A DNA stretch of 64,000 nt from Octopus vulgaris. Taxonomy: Eukaryota. Below are positions 25,301 to 40,300 of this stretch, piece after piece. The notes under the pieces are model-generated. The model did no database searches, was not told the DNA's origin, and saw only the letters and a list, made by a program, of their open reading frames with translations. The translations under genes and the position numbers were made by a program. The stretch lies in the NCBI GenBank assembly GCA_951406725.2, contig OX597824.1:32240001-32304000 (forward strand), in the 5' to 3' direction. Within the stretch, counting starts at the first letter, position 1, and each line of letters begins with the position of its first letter.

Positions 25301-28300
25301 AAGGAACAGCATATTGGATACTATAGCCTGAAAACAGGATGAGGAAGGGCAAGATATTATAAATACTGAACTGATGATAAAGGTGAGGCAAAGACAGGGA
25401 AACAAACAATACTTACCAACCATCAACATGTTTTTCGTTCACAAACCAAGTGAGTTTTCGCTTGGACAAAACAGTGTTTTGTAGATTCAATCGGCTGTAC
25501 TCATAGAGATAAGGTTCACGTAAACCTAGAAGAAAAACATTTCAACTTTTTATCTCAAGCTAAAAAGAAATTTTGGAACATTTATAATTATAGTGTGTTA
25601 TTTTGTGTTAAAAACCTCTTCAATGGAAAAAGTCAAAGGCTGCCCATGCGACTTATCTTTTACTTTATTAGACTGCGTCCATGTTAGGGCACTGCCTTGA
25701 AGAATATTTAGCTGAACAAATCAACCCCAGTATTTATTTTTAAAAACTTGGTACTTATTCTAGCTGTCTTTTTTGCTGAACTGCTAAGTTATGGGGATGT
25801 AAACACACCAACACTGGTTGTCAAGCGCAGTGGTGGGAGACAAACAGACACAAAGATATATACGATAGGTTTCTTTCAGTTTCTGTCCCCCAAATCCACT
25901 CGCAAGGCTTTGGTCTGCCTGAAGCTACAGTAGAAGATACTTGGCCAAGATACCACGCAGTGGGACTGAACCTGGAACCATGTAGTTGAGAAGTAAGCTT
26001 CTTACCACAGAGCCATGCCTAAGTAAAACTTTCTAAGATTCTCCATTTTGAATTTAGCAAAAACATCAAAGAATCAAAGGTTTGGCTCAGGACTAAACTG
26101 AATCAAAAGAGGTTTACCCACAGGGAACATCTAAAAATGCTTTATCACAGATTGATTAATTTGTATTTTGAAACTGATTCAATACCTTAAGTTCTTCACT
26201 TATGATGTAACTATATTTTGGAGAAAATATGGAAAATGCTCTCTCTCTTTCATATGCACCTTGTACCTTGAGAATACATCCTCACCAACTCTCTCTCTTT
26301 TCCAGACGCAGAAACCATGTATTCACCTCTTCAACAAGACACTTGTTCCTATCCTGTTATCGTACTTTCACCTCCTCCAATGTTATGTTCCACTCAGTTG
26401 AGGAATCTTGTCTCGCAAGTACTTAGTGACATCATTTGTGCCAATGCCACATAAAAAAGCATCACCCAGTATACTCTATTAATGTGGCTGGTGTTAGGAA
26501 GTGTATCCAGCCATAGAAACCATGCCAAGGCAGATGCTGGAGCTTGATGCAGTCCTCTGGCCCTTGTTAAACTGTCCAACCCATGCCAGCATGGAATAAA
26601 GGAGATTAAATAATGATGATGATGAGGATGGTTAATCATGTTCTTAATGAATAAATTAAGAAAGAAATTGCAAAACATAGGATCAGAAAGAAGAACAGGA
26701 TAGATAATATTTGAAGTGTAAATCTACAGATTTATAACTTTTGTGAAAAGTATTGTGTTGTTATTTTTTAGAAAATATTATTTCTACAATGTAACTCCTA
26801 CCTGCATTATGCTTAATGTTAGAAAAAGTAATTAACACATTGGCTCCAATAACTAATACAAAAAAAAAAAAAAAAAAAGAAAAACCCTGAAAATTTAAAA
26901 CCATCAAACCCCTAATCATCATCATCCTTTAATGTTCATTTTCAATGCTGGAATGGGTTGGACGGTTTGACCATAGCTGGCAAGTGAGAGAGCTGCACCA
27001 GTTTGATATGGCTGGGTGCCCTTGCTAATGCCAACCACTTTACAGTGTGTGCTGGGTACTTTTAATGTGGCACCAGCACAGGACTCTTGCAGGCCAATCC
27101 TCTTCATTAGGGGATGTGGCCTTAACACTTCTGCTGAGGAGGACGGATCTTCTTGAGTACAGCAAAGCATCAGGTATACCAGTCCTTTGTCATCTCATCC
27201 AAAAGGTTCAGCATTCAGAGATCATCCTAAGAATATATTAACTCTGATGTACACTGAATTATTGGGAAATCTTACCAAGTTTATTTAACTTATTGGTTAA
27301 ACAGTCAGTCTTTTGCTTTGTTTTTCAGCTGCCTAAAAATCAAGATAACCATGTGACAGCCCCACTTCATTAAAGCGGTGGTGGACTAAGAAAGATGTCA
27401 CTGAAAAGGTTGTCAATGGCAACGAAAGGAAAAATAAAGACAAATAAATAACTGACTGTTTAGCACCAAGTTAAACAATTGATCGATTAGTTAGTTGTAT
27501 CTTACCAAGCTTTTTCAGAATCCAGAAATACTGCTCATCTCTGTCGTGATATTCAGTTGTACGAAGAGCATGGGTCACACCCTCTATACTGTCCACAATA
27601 GGACAAGCAAAGTCATAAGTTGGGTACACTCTGAAAATATAATGGATAAATGATTGAAAGAAGAAATCTATCTTTAGATTTACTAAACAGAATCAGCAAT
27701 GCAATGAATAAAAAAGAAGTACATAAAATAAAAATATTGATAGAAATATACTTAATAAGCACAAGGTGAGGTACATGACCTAGCGGTTAAACAGTGGCAC
27801 TCGTGATCATGGTTTCAATTCCCTGACCAGGCAGTGTGTTCTGGGTCTTGAGTCAAACACTTCACTTTTATGTTGCTGCTGTCCACTCAGTTATGAATAA
27901 GTAACCCTGTAATAGACTGGCATCCTGTTGAAGGGAAATATGATCTCAGCAACCTATACACCATGGAAACTGGGTAAGTGACTCTGAGTCCTAGGGCTTC
28001 AAATAGTAATGTTTAATGAGCACACTAGTCCAAGTAGGAAGGCCAATGACTGTCTGGTTATACTTTGCTGTTAGGGAGATAAAGGTACATGGCTCAGTGG
28101 TTAGAGCATTGGGCTTATAATCACAAAATTATGAGTTCGATTCCTGGACCAGGCTACGTGTTAGGTTCTTGAGCAAGACACTTTATTTTTCATGTTATTC
28201 CAGTTCACTAAGCTGTAGAAATGAGTTGTGACATCACTGGTGCCAAGCAGTATCAGCCTTTGCCTTTCCCTTAGATAACATTGGTGACGTGGCGAGGAGA

Positions 28301-31300
28301 GGCTAGTGTGCATGGGTGACTGCTGGTCTTCCATAAACAACCTTGTCCAGACTTGTACCTCGGAAGGTGTCTTTGTAAGTGCAATCCCATGGTCATTTAT
28401 GACAGAAGAGGGTCTTTTAGGGAGATTAATGTGAAATTTTTATAGGTTTGCAGTAGGACAGAAGATATGAAGAGAAAGGAAGTTGCAGAGGTATTCAGTT
28501 ATGAGCAAGAAAACGTTAACTGGTTGGTATGAAGCCTTTGAGATGAAAGGGAATGGGAAGAAACATGTGTAACAACTGAGTTTAAGAAGAAATAACAGAA
28601 TTTCCACACAGCTAAGTGCAGGTATTGGCTGAAAAAGTTTGCTTCCCAACCATGTGATTTCAAGTTCAGTCCCACTGCATGACTTCTTGGGCAAGTGTCT
28701 TCTACGGCCAGGAGTTGACCAATGCCTTGTGAGTAGATTCAGTAGACAAGAAATGAAAGGAGATTGTTGTGTGTGTGTGTGTGCATGAATGCACCTGTGT
28801 GAGTACACGTGTCTAAACATTACATGATAGTTGTAAATGAGCATCACTGTCATACAAGCGAGGTTGTTTGGTTCCAGTCTTTTGTGAAAAAAAAAAAAAT
28901 CTTGCCATAGGGAAATATCATTATGTTTGAAAAAAAGAGGGGAAGTTGATGACAGGAAGGGCATCTGACCATAGAAAATCTACCTCAACAAATTTTGTCT
29001 GCCCCAGGTAAGCATAGAAAAGTGGACATTAGAATGATGATAAAATAATAATCCTTTCTACTAAAGGCATAAAGGCCTGAAATTTTTAGGAGGGGTATGC
29101 TGATTTCATCAACCCCAGTGTTTCGCTGGTACTTAATTTACCAACCCATAAAAGATGAAAAGCAAAGACGACCCAGGTGAAATATGAACTCAGAATGTGA
29201 AGATGGAAGAAAAACTGCTAAGCATTTTGCCTGGTGTGGTAACAATTCTGCCAGCTTGCAGCTTTATGATGAAATAATAATCATCATCATTTAATGTCCA
29301 TTTCCATCTGGTATGGGTTGTATGGCTTGACAGGAGCTGGTAAAGCCAGAAGCTGCATCAGGCTCCACTGTCTACTTTGGCATGGTTTCTACAATTAGAT
29401 GTGCTTCCAAGGTGACATCTCAGAGTGGTGAGAATAAGTGGGGCAAATGATAGAGTAAAATGATGGAGTGAAATATAGGTAGGTATGTGGGTATTAAGGG
29501 TAATAGTAGTTAAGCAAGGTGTTAATGATAGAGGACATTATAGGGGAGAGAAGACATAGAAAGGAGGTGATTGGTGGGAATGGGAAATGGTTTAGGGTGG
29601 TGAAAGAGATAACTGAAGAAGCAGGTGGATGTAATATGCACCTATTCTGTTCTCAAGTGATGGGTGTTAGGGGATAAAAGGTGAGGGGAAAATGGTTGAC
29701 GAGGGAGAGCCCTAATAAGTATTGGCAGACATTTCACTAGTGAGCTTGTAAACTGATCAAGAAATTAGACTATTGGAAAGTGTATTTCTTGATACACTAC
29801 GCCAGAAAAACTAAATGATTATACTCTGATCATAGTTCTGCCCTGTCAGGGTTATCTTGGAGTTAAATGATAAATAGTAGAAGTAATGTATGATGTAGAC
29901 TATTTATTGTTATAAACCCAAACTTGAATATCAAAGTTTTAAAAGGTTTCACGTACAGTCTCTCCAGAGTTTGAATTGCTTCTGAGTAATTCTCACATTC
30001 ACTTATGAGTTCGTAAACATCTTTATCTATGTGTGCTATTAAACACCTAAGTTTGCTTTCATCCGTTGTTAGGTGGTTCAGCAGGAAATGATTCTAAAAA
30101 ATTTTTTAAAGTTCTGAACCAATATTTCCATTCTTTCAAAGCTTGACTTGAACTTGGATCAGCAGTGAACAAACTTGGATCAGCAGTGAACAAATTTGGT
30201 TTTATAAATTTGCTGTCCATTCTCTCTCTCTCTAGCTATAATTTAGTTGATTAAATTGTCATAAACCCAAACTCGAATATCAAAGTTTTAAAAGGTTTCA
30301 CGTACAAGAAAAATATACTTTTAATAATTGTCTTACTTGTATTTGTCACCTGTTCTGATGTGAATCTCTGGTTTACAACGGTAAAGTGTTGGATCACGCA
30401 TACAACCGTTAGCAGAATTCATGTCAATCTTAGCACGAACACAACATTTTGTTCCAAATTCTGTACCTGATTTCATTTCTTCCCACATTTTCAAGTTTTC
30501 AGCTGTGCCTGGTTAGTATAAAATAAACAGAAAATTAAGGATTCTCATTATAATCTCTTGACCTGCTAGAAATAGAAGCCAAAGCCCTTCAAATTACACC
30601 TAGCTTTTTACAAAAGACAGACACATTGAATAATGTAGTCTACTGTTTAGAAAAAAAAAAAGAATAGTTATGGTTGGAATACCTTCAATATAGAGCTGCT
30701 CAATCAGGTTTCATACAAAACTAAACAACAAATTTTTGTGTTGATAAAGTATATTTGTCCAGTTGACTATGATTAATGATCAATCAAAGCCTAGCTTGCA
30801 TTCCAGTAGTAAGTAATAAACCACTGGTCTGCCCCCATGTGAGCTTTTCTACAGCTACAGTGTTGCTGCACCAATAAATCCAAGCACAGTCAGAGCATTG
30901 CACAATGAAGGCCCAATTTAGTGTTTATCTCATTTGTTAAAGTCTAATATTTTGAAATTTGATCTCCACTTCTTACAACAGACATCGTACATGGCTGCTT
31001 GACCTGCCAGAAACAACAACCAAATCTCTCTCAAACTATAACCAACCATCTTAACCTTTAGCATTCAGATTTCTCAGTCAAATGTAATACTTATTTATTC
31101 ACATTGTTTTGAATTAACCAGGAATTATTTTGTAGCTTTGAGATTTTGATGAGGTAATTCTTAATTTTTAGAAAGAAATTGTAGGGTTGGTGTGAGAGGC
31201 CAGATCTGGCCAGTTTGGACATAAAACAGGTAGAATATTTTGGTTGGATACGGCCAGTTTAAATTTCCTGACCACATTAGTTAATGTGGTCAAAGGTGCA

Positions 31301-34300
31301 CTATGTTTGATGAGCTGATCGAAGGTGGCAAGCTGGCAGAAACGTTAGCACGCCGGGCGAAATGCTTTGAGGTATTTCGTCTGCCGCTACGTTCCGAGTT
31401 CAAATTCCGCCGAGGTCGACTTTGCCTTTCATCCTTTCGGGGTCGATAAATTAAGTACCAGTTACGCACTGGGGTCAATGTAATCGACTTAATACCTATG
31501 TCTGTCCTTGTTTGTCCCCTCTGTGTTTAGCCCCTTGTGGGTAATAAAGAAATAGGTATTTTGTCTGTCGCTACGTTCTGAGTTCAAATTCCGTCGAGGT
31601 CGACTTTGCCTTTCATCCTTTCGGGGTCGATTAAACAAGTACCAGTTACGCACTGGGGTTGATATAATCGACTTGATTCGCTTGTTTGTCCTTTTTTTGT
31701 TTAGCCCCTTGTGGGTAGTAAAAAAATAGGTTAAAATGTTGTTGATTACAGTTCTGTTCAATCAGAGCCAATTTAGGATTAAGCAACAATAGTATTTTAA
31801 TTGCTATGTTGCAAAGCATCAGAACAAACAGCATAGCAATACCATGGATCAAGGCATGAAAAGGACAGAAGTCATGTAATGCAAGTGAATTTACTAACAC
31901 AAACTATAGAAGGTCAGTCAACACGCTACAGAGAACTACATATACTTGGCATTACACACAACAAGCAAACTCCTTCAGGAACTTACTTTGATTTCTTCGT
32001 GCTGATTCTTTCTTTTCTTCTCTTTCTTGTTTCATAACGTCAGGATTGGTATCGTCAACATAGGCATGACCTTCTTTGATTAGTTTCAAACAAAGATCAA
32101 GCAGGACATCAAAATGGTCAGATGTATAGCTTAGAACATCATACTTAATGCCAAGTAGTTCGACATCTTTGAGAATTACCTGTTTAAAATATTGTATCAA
32201 TAAACATGTAAGATATTGTTTTCAATGTTTAACAAATTATATATAAAGGCTTTTTTTTCTTTTTTTGCATGCGCCCTCAAAAAGTCTGGCTTGGTGTCCA
32301 GTAAGACCACTAGGCGTGAGGCACCCCTTATATACACACAGGTGGCATGTAAAAAACACCATTTCGAGCGTGGTCGTTGCCAGTACTGCCAGACTGGCCC
32401 TCGTGCCGGTGGCACGTAAAAGCACCCACTACACTCTCGGAGTGGTTGGCGTTAGGAAGGGCATCCAGCTATAGAAACTCTGCCAGATCAGATTGGAACC
32501 TGGCGCAGCCATCTGGTTCTCCAGTCCTCAGTCAAATCGTCCAACCGATGCTAGCATGGAAAGCGGACGTTAAATGATGATGATGTCTCTAGAACCCACT
32601 TCAAACCCAGGCTACATCTGATAATTGGAAGTGACTTGGTTGGTGAATCCTCTGCAATGCTTGACAATCAACAGCAAGATGAGCTACTACAGATCACAGT
32701 ATCCCAAAAGGTGTATGTGTGTGAACTTGTATCTCCATTGAAACTCTAAACATTTGGTCAGAGCTGGCTCAACTCACCACAGGGGAATGCCACTGCAAGT
32801 ACAAGTAGCAAAAAAAAAAAAGGGGGTTTCGAGCTCTTTGTTTTAAAAATACTTGAAATTCATTCATCATAGGTGGAACTTATGTACCACACCCATCTAA
32901 CCAAGTGGCCAATGATTATAAAACTCTTGTTCCAACAATTCAATGCTGACCTCACTAAATGCTGAAGAATCAACCAAGCACAAAGACATTGTATTTTACC
33001 ATTCACTAAGTTTATTACATAAACATCTTTCTATAATATATAATTTTCTAGATGGTGTAATTTAATTTTTCATTATTGAATTGATAAAAGGTGGTTTTTC
33101 TAATTTATATATATATATATATATATACATATATACACTTACACATATATACACACACAAATATATATACATATGCACACATACATACATCTATCTATGA
33201 GTGCGTCATTGTGTCTGTGTTTGTCCCCGTCAACTACTGGATAACCGATGTTGGTGTATTTACATCCCTGTAACTTAGCAGTTAAGAGACTAACAAAACA
33301 AGTGCCAGGTTTAAAGACAAAAACAAATAATGACTAAAAGTTCTTCAAGGTTGAACTGGCAAATATCATAATTTCATTCTGAAATCTAAAATCAGCAGAA
33401 TGCAGTTACATGGGAAATTACAATAATGACTACAGAAAAGGGTTAATAAATTTTGTTACCTGCTCAAATACATCACTTTCCTTGGCAGGGTTTGTGTCAT
33501 CAAATCTCAAAATCAAACGTCCTTCAAACAATTTTTGATAATATTGATTTAACAAAGCAGCTTTTGCATGGCCAACATGAAGATAACTGAAAAATATATT
33601 AAAAATAATAATGAAGAAAATATTATATGCAAAAAAATAATGCTCCAATTTTTTTTCTCTTAGGTAAAGGTGTGGTTGTGTAGGAAGAAGCTTACTTCCC
33701 GACGTGTTTCCAGGTTCAGTCGCACTCTGTGAAACCTTGGACAAGAGTCTTCAACTATAGCCTTGAGCTGACCAAAGCCTTGTGAATGGATGTGGTAGAC
33801 AGAAACTGAAAGAAGTCCACTGTATATCATCATCATCATCATCATCGTTTAGCGTCCGCTTTCCATGCTAGCATGGGTTGGACGATTTGACTGAGGTCTG
33901 GCGAACCAGACTCCAATCTGATCTGGCAGAGTTTCAACAGCTGGATGCCCTTCCTAATGCCAACCACTCCGAGAGTGTAGTGGGTGCTTTTACGTGCCAG
34001 TTAGGTGGTACTGGTAACGGCCACACTCAAATGGTGCATTTTATGTGCCACCTGCACAGGAGCCAGTCCAGCAGCACTGGCAACGACCTCGCTCTAATGT
34101 TGTTGTATTTGGGGATGGTTATGTTACCAGTTTAGCCAATAAAAACACACGCACTATATATTTGGGGTTCACTTGCTTCAGCTTTATTTTATAGTAATCG
34201 TATTTCAGTCAGAGTTCTTTCGTCACACTTCTGTGACCTCATCAGTGGTCCTTTGCTTTCTTCTTTCTTTTTTGTGTGTCTTTCCTACCGAAATACGATT

Positions 34301-37300
34301 ACTATAAAATAAAGTTGAAGCAAGTGAACACCAAATATATAGTGCATGTGTTTTTATTGGCTAAACTGGCAACGTGACCATCCCCAAATACAACAGTATC
34401 TGTTTAAACACACGAATTCACATCAAGAATCTTGCAAAACGAATATATGAACGTATATATGTGTGTATGTGTGTATATATACTTATATCTATGTGTGTGT
34501 ATTTATCACCCACCACCGCCTGACAACTGGTGTTGGTGTGTGTATGTCCCTGTAGCTTAGCAGTTCAGCAAAAAGATAGAATAAACATGAGGCTTAAAAG
34601 CAAATAAGTACAGGGGTTGATGCATTTAACTAAAAATTCTTCAAGGTGGTGCCCCAGCATGGCCATCGTTTAATGACTGAAACAAGTTAAAGAGTAAAGA
34701 TACAGAAAAAGGCCCCAAAATGCTAAAATGCATCTGATGCTCTTGATTGACACTGCTGGGACAAATTTTTGCCTTGCTCCTCTGATATTGTGATTTTAAC
34801 ATAGCAAGTTCATAAGCGATGTTATTTCAGGACAAATGCTGCAGTAACTGGCCTATCAAACTGTGTATACATTAAGTATGATACACAGATGGCTATTTTA
34901 ATCCAACACTGACTCAGTTGCATACACTAGATTTATAATCACATATATATTTTTTTGTCAATGAAAAACAATATATAGCAAAAAAATATTCAAAGCTAAA
35001 ACCCAAAGGTCAAAAGATGTTTGTTTCAATCCATCCTCTCCCAGAAAATCTCCAATTTGATACCAACTGATTTCTGACTATGATGCCTTACCCACTTGCT
35101 TCTGGAGGGAATCTTACTACTACTTCTCCTTTTTTAGCATTTGGCAAGTCAACAAATTTGCCTTCTTCTTTTCGGCCCTGAAACAAAGAACACAAACAAA
35201 AAATGTATAAGAATGAAACTTAGAAAAATTAAATAGAGATCGTATGTGAGAAGTGTTATTATAATACAACCATTACATATAAAACATATAAGAATAAAAT
35301 ATATTACAAAGTATTCACTATGTGCAACAGAAGCAGTGTTACTTTAGAACAGTAAGCTGTATGTCTGCAATATTTCTCGTGATATTACTATCTCACGACA
35401 AATACCACAGTTAATTAGGTTTTCCAACATATATCTGCATTAATATATGATACAGTTTGCTACTATATCATAATATTAACATTATACTTTTCAGGACCTG
35501 ACTTCACTTTATTATTCCTACCCTATTTAATAGCTACTAGCACTATGACCCGGCAACACCGTGTCATAGTGCTTAGTGCATGCATATACAGCTGCATGCG
35601 TGCGCACATACATGCGAGTACTGTCCAAATCTCCGAACAATCACATACAGCTAGCTGGCATTCAATTGACGTATCAAGTTTCAGGCATTTTGATTGGGTT
35701 TTGGATAGAAAATTCACAAAAAAGTCACTTCTAGTGAATTTTTTAATGGCTTTGTGGGGTGACTGGGGAAATGTAAAGATGTGCATGACCACCCTTGGAT
35801 GGTTTTGAATGACCATAGAAAGTGCAAGCCCTCTAACTGAAAAGTTGTGGATTTGTATAAAGGACACACACACAGACATTTTGCCGTTTATATATATAGA
35901 GATTTTCCCAAACTAGCACGTGAAGGAAGGCTTTTGTAGAATCATTTGAATTTTTTGACTGGATATTCTTTCTACAGCTAACCAGTTAAACTGTAATGGA
36001 GGTCAGCTAAAATGGAATAAGTTTGGTAGCTTTTCAGTAGTTAGTAGAAGGCGCGTGGCTCAGTGGTTAGAGCGTCGAGCTTACGATCGTGAGGTTGTGA
36101 GCTTGAATCCCGGACCGGGCTGCGTGTTGTGTTCTTGAGCAAGACACTTTATTTCACGTTGCTCCAGTTCACTCAGCTGTAGAAATGAGTTGTGACGTCA
36201 CTGGTGCCAAGCTGTATCGGCCCTTGCCTTTCCCTTGGATAACACTGGTGGCGTGGAGAGGGGAGGCCGGTATGCATGGACGACTGCTGGTCTTCCATAA
36301 AAAAAAAAAACAACCTTGCCCAGACTTGTGCCTCAGAAGGTAACTCTCTAGGTGCAAACCCATGGTCAGTGTCTGACCGAAGGGGGTCACAAGTAGTAGT
36401 AGTAGTAGCAAGATTTGAACATATGACTATACGGTCAATTATTCCAACACCAGGACCTCACAGCTCTTGTGCTTTAATGGAACAAACTCAGTTTATTTTT
36501 ATGCCAACATTTAAACAATGCATCTCTATCACACAATACATTGTCATCATTATCATTATTGTTCTAATGTCCATTTTTCCATGCTTGCATGGCTTGGATG
36601 GAATTTATCCAGGCAGATTTTCTATGTCTGGATGCCCTTCCTGTTGCCTATCCCAGGCAAGGGGGCAGTAACAAAGACACACGAACACAACAGGTTTCCA
36701 CACTTTCTCTCTACCGAATCCATTTACAAGGCTTTCACTGGTGAAGGGCTATAGTATAAGACATTTGTCCAATGTGCAACACAGGCAGACTGAACCCAAA
36801 ACCATATGGTTGGAAAGCAAACTTCTAATCATGTAGCGATAGTTTTCCAGCTTACCAGCTCCTGTCAAACCATCCAACATGGAAAATGGATGTTAAATCC
36901 AGCATGAAAGATGGATGTTAAATGATGAATATAATAATGTGTATTAAAGCATGTAATATAGGCCCAACTGCACATATAGGACTTAGGTTGATTTTTGAGA
37001 CATTTTTTTGGAAAACAAATGTGTCATATAAGCCATCAAATATACTCTTTACTTTTACTTGTTTCAGCCATTTGACTGTGGTCATGCTAGAGCATCGCCT
37101 TTAGTCGAGCAAATCGACCCCAGGACTTATTCTTTGTAAGCCTTGTACTTATTCTATGGTACCTACAAGGCCTGAAATTTCTTAATTCCAAGTTTTTTCA
37201 ATTCCATCATAGAACATAAAACACTACCTTTTGTTGGTTTATTATTTGGTAACAAAAACCTGGCCCCTGTTCCCTGCTCACATTCTCTAATCCCCCATCT

Positions 37301-40300
37301 CCTAGCATAAAGCCAACCCTCACCTTGCCTTGAGTATCACAGTCTCACAAGCAGCATGGTGACCTCACTAGTGCCGGTGCCATGTAAAAAGTACCAAGTA
37401 CATGCTGTAAAGTGGCTGGCATTAGGGAAGGCATCCAGCTGCAGCAACTGTTTCAAAGCAGACATAATGCAGTCTTTGGACCCAACAGATTCTGTTGCCG
37501 ATCAACCTATGCCTGCATGGATATTAAATGATAATGATGAGGATAAATAATAAATTAAAGGAAAGGGTGAATTGAGTAAACTTACTTCTTTTAGAGTGTC
37601 GAGTTTAAGAGAAGGATTACTGAGAACTGATTGAAAAGCTTCTTGTGAAGTTAAGAAGTTATAGAAACGCAGAGTATTTTGGGGTACATTTGCTTTCTGG
37701 GTCATTTGCTGCCATCTTTTACTGACTGGAAAACATTAAAACAAACAATGAAAAACAATTAGGATATTATTTAATTTCCATGAGAGTAAAAAATAAGTTT
37801 GGTTTAAGATGCTAGACAACAAATACAAAGAATTGCAATTTCAAATCCTGGTAGCTTTGTATAATATTTAATCCCTGATGAACCCAGAGCAAACAGACTT
37901 CTAGTCAAGGCATTTCAGTGTGATTATCGTAACTTATTTTCAGAGACAGCATATCTAGGACTACATAATCCAAAGTGCACATCCATTTTATTAGAGATTT
38001 TAGGAAGATTTGGCTGCTATTTCTAGCAATTTGAATTACCAAATAGCAGCTCTCTCATTGGCTTGACTAGTACTGTGTCTAATTGCTTCAGAGGCTCATT
38101 TTTACACCAGTATGTTTAAAGTAAAGTAAAACTTTCAGTTACAACAATCCAGACACAAAACTGAATTAAGAACAAACAACATTGATAAAAAAAAGTACAC
38201 TGACATAGTGCTGAAAGTTTAGTGTTACATGGTTAAACATTAAAATATTTGAGAAATGTCAATAACCTGCTGTAAATGGTGTACAACTGGCATAGGCACG
38301 CATCCTCTATAATGCCTTCTATTTCTGTAACTCAATAACGGCATGGTTAATTGCTGCCTTTTGATCTTTCAAGAAATTATAAATAGAAAATAGACAATAC
38401 TTACAGTGGAGTTGTTTCCATATAAAAATATCTGCCAAAGTCAGCTGGTGTCCAACTAAATATGTAATTGGTCCCAGAACTTTATCTAGGTGATAAACAT
38501 CTTTATCAAATGAAGCATCAGAGAACTGGGTCTGAGCAAAATCAATCCAAAAATCAATCTATTTGAATAAAAAGAAAAAAAAAAAGCCAATATATATCAA
38601 TACTATAGATATATGGAAACAATTGTGCTAATAAGGTAAGCTTGACCCTTTAGCATTCAGATTACTCTGTCAAATGTAATGCTTATTTATTCTTATTGCT
38701 TTTAATTAATCATGCATTATCTCACAGCTTTGAGATTTCAATGATGTGACTGTACATTTTTAGAATTACATTTTAGGGTAGATGAGAAAGGCTGGATCTA
38801 GTCAGTTTGAACATAAAGCAGGTAGAATATTTTGGCTGGATTTGTCCAGTTTAAATGCTAAAGGGTTGAACAACATCTTAAAAAATAAACAGCGGTGGTG
38901 CCCCACCATGGCCGCGACCTTCGGGCTAAAACATTTTAAAGGATTTATATCTTTAAATGACAGTTGTGTTTATATGTGATGGCATATGGCCTCGTGGTTA
39001 AGGTGTTGCACTCACAATCACAAGATTGTGGTTTCAATTCCTGGACCGGGTGGAGTGACGCGCTCTTGAGCAAAACACTTAATTTCATGTTGCTCCAGTT
39101 TACTCAACCATAGAATGTTAACTCTACAACAGATTGACAACCTGATCAAGGGAAAAGTTGTGACCTAAGTCACAAATACACCATACTTTGAGTAACCAGC
39201 CTAATGAGTTCTAGGAATTGGTCACTATACACCATGGGAACTAAGTAACCAGTGCTATGAGTTCTAGGGCTCAAAATAGTGCTAAATGTATGCTTATAGA
39301 TGGCAGAGAAAAGCGGACTACTCATACATAGAGAATAGCAGACACATCTTGAATAACTGATGTTCAGAAAATATTTTGAGTTGAGAATTTTTATAGAATG
39401 TATGTCACAGATTATCATCATCTCTGTAAATAATGCAATAAAATGTTCCTCTGATGACCTATTGTGGTTATGCATCTAGTTGCACTTGAAACATCCAATG
39501 CTGACATTGCAAACAACCACAATGGTGAAACATACACAGGGAACTAATGATTTTTTTGAACTTGTGTTTATTGTAATTTCTTATATATATATTCTTTAAT
39601 TTGTTTTGGTCATATGACTGTGGCCATGTAGGAGAAGCACCTTTATGGGTTTTAGTTGAAGAAATCGACCCCCAGGGCTTATTCTTTGTAAGCCTAGTAC
39701 TTATTCTATTAGTCTCTTTTGCCGAACTGCTAAGTTACAGAGACATAAACACACCAGCATTGGTTGCCAAGTGATGGTGGGGGCGGGGGAGACAGACACA
39801 CACACACACATGTGATAGGCTTCTTCCAGTTTCCGTCTACCAAATCCACTCACAAAGTTTTGGTTGGCCCAGGGCTATAGCAGAAGACACTTGCCCAAGG
39901 TGCCACACAGTGGAACTGAACCTAGAACCATGTGGTTGGGAAACACACTTCTTACCACAGAGCCAAGCCAAGAAACAAAGAATTGGTTGTAACTTATTAA
40001 AACATTGTTAATATTCATCTCAATATTGAGTACAAGGTGGCAAGCTGGTAGAATCGTTAGCATACAGGGCAATATGTTTAGCGACAGTTCAGAGTTCAAA
40101 TTCCACCAAGGACGACTTTACCTTTCAGGATTGATAAATAAGTACCAGTTGAACACTGGGGTTGATGTATGTGACTTACCCCCAACCCCTGAAATTGTTG
40201 GCCTTGTGCCAAAATTTGAAATTAATATCAAGTATAAATTTTACCTCAGTTGCTTCAAGCAAAGAAGAGCCATATAAAGGACTTGAATTTGAACGAACCA

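Noticed and set aside
37205-37262. Possible extra EPRS exon between exons 5 and 6
   Set aside because: It has an in-frame stop after the CAG, and exons 5 and 6 already join in phase.
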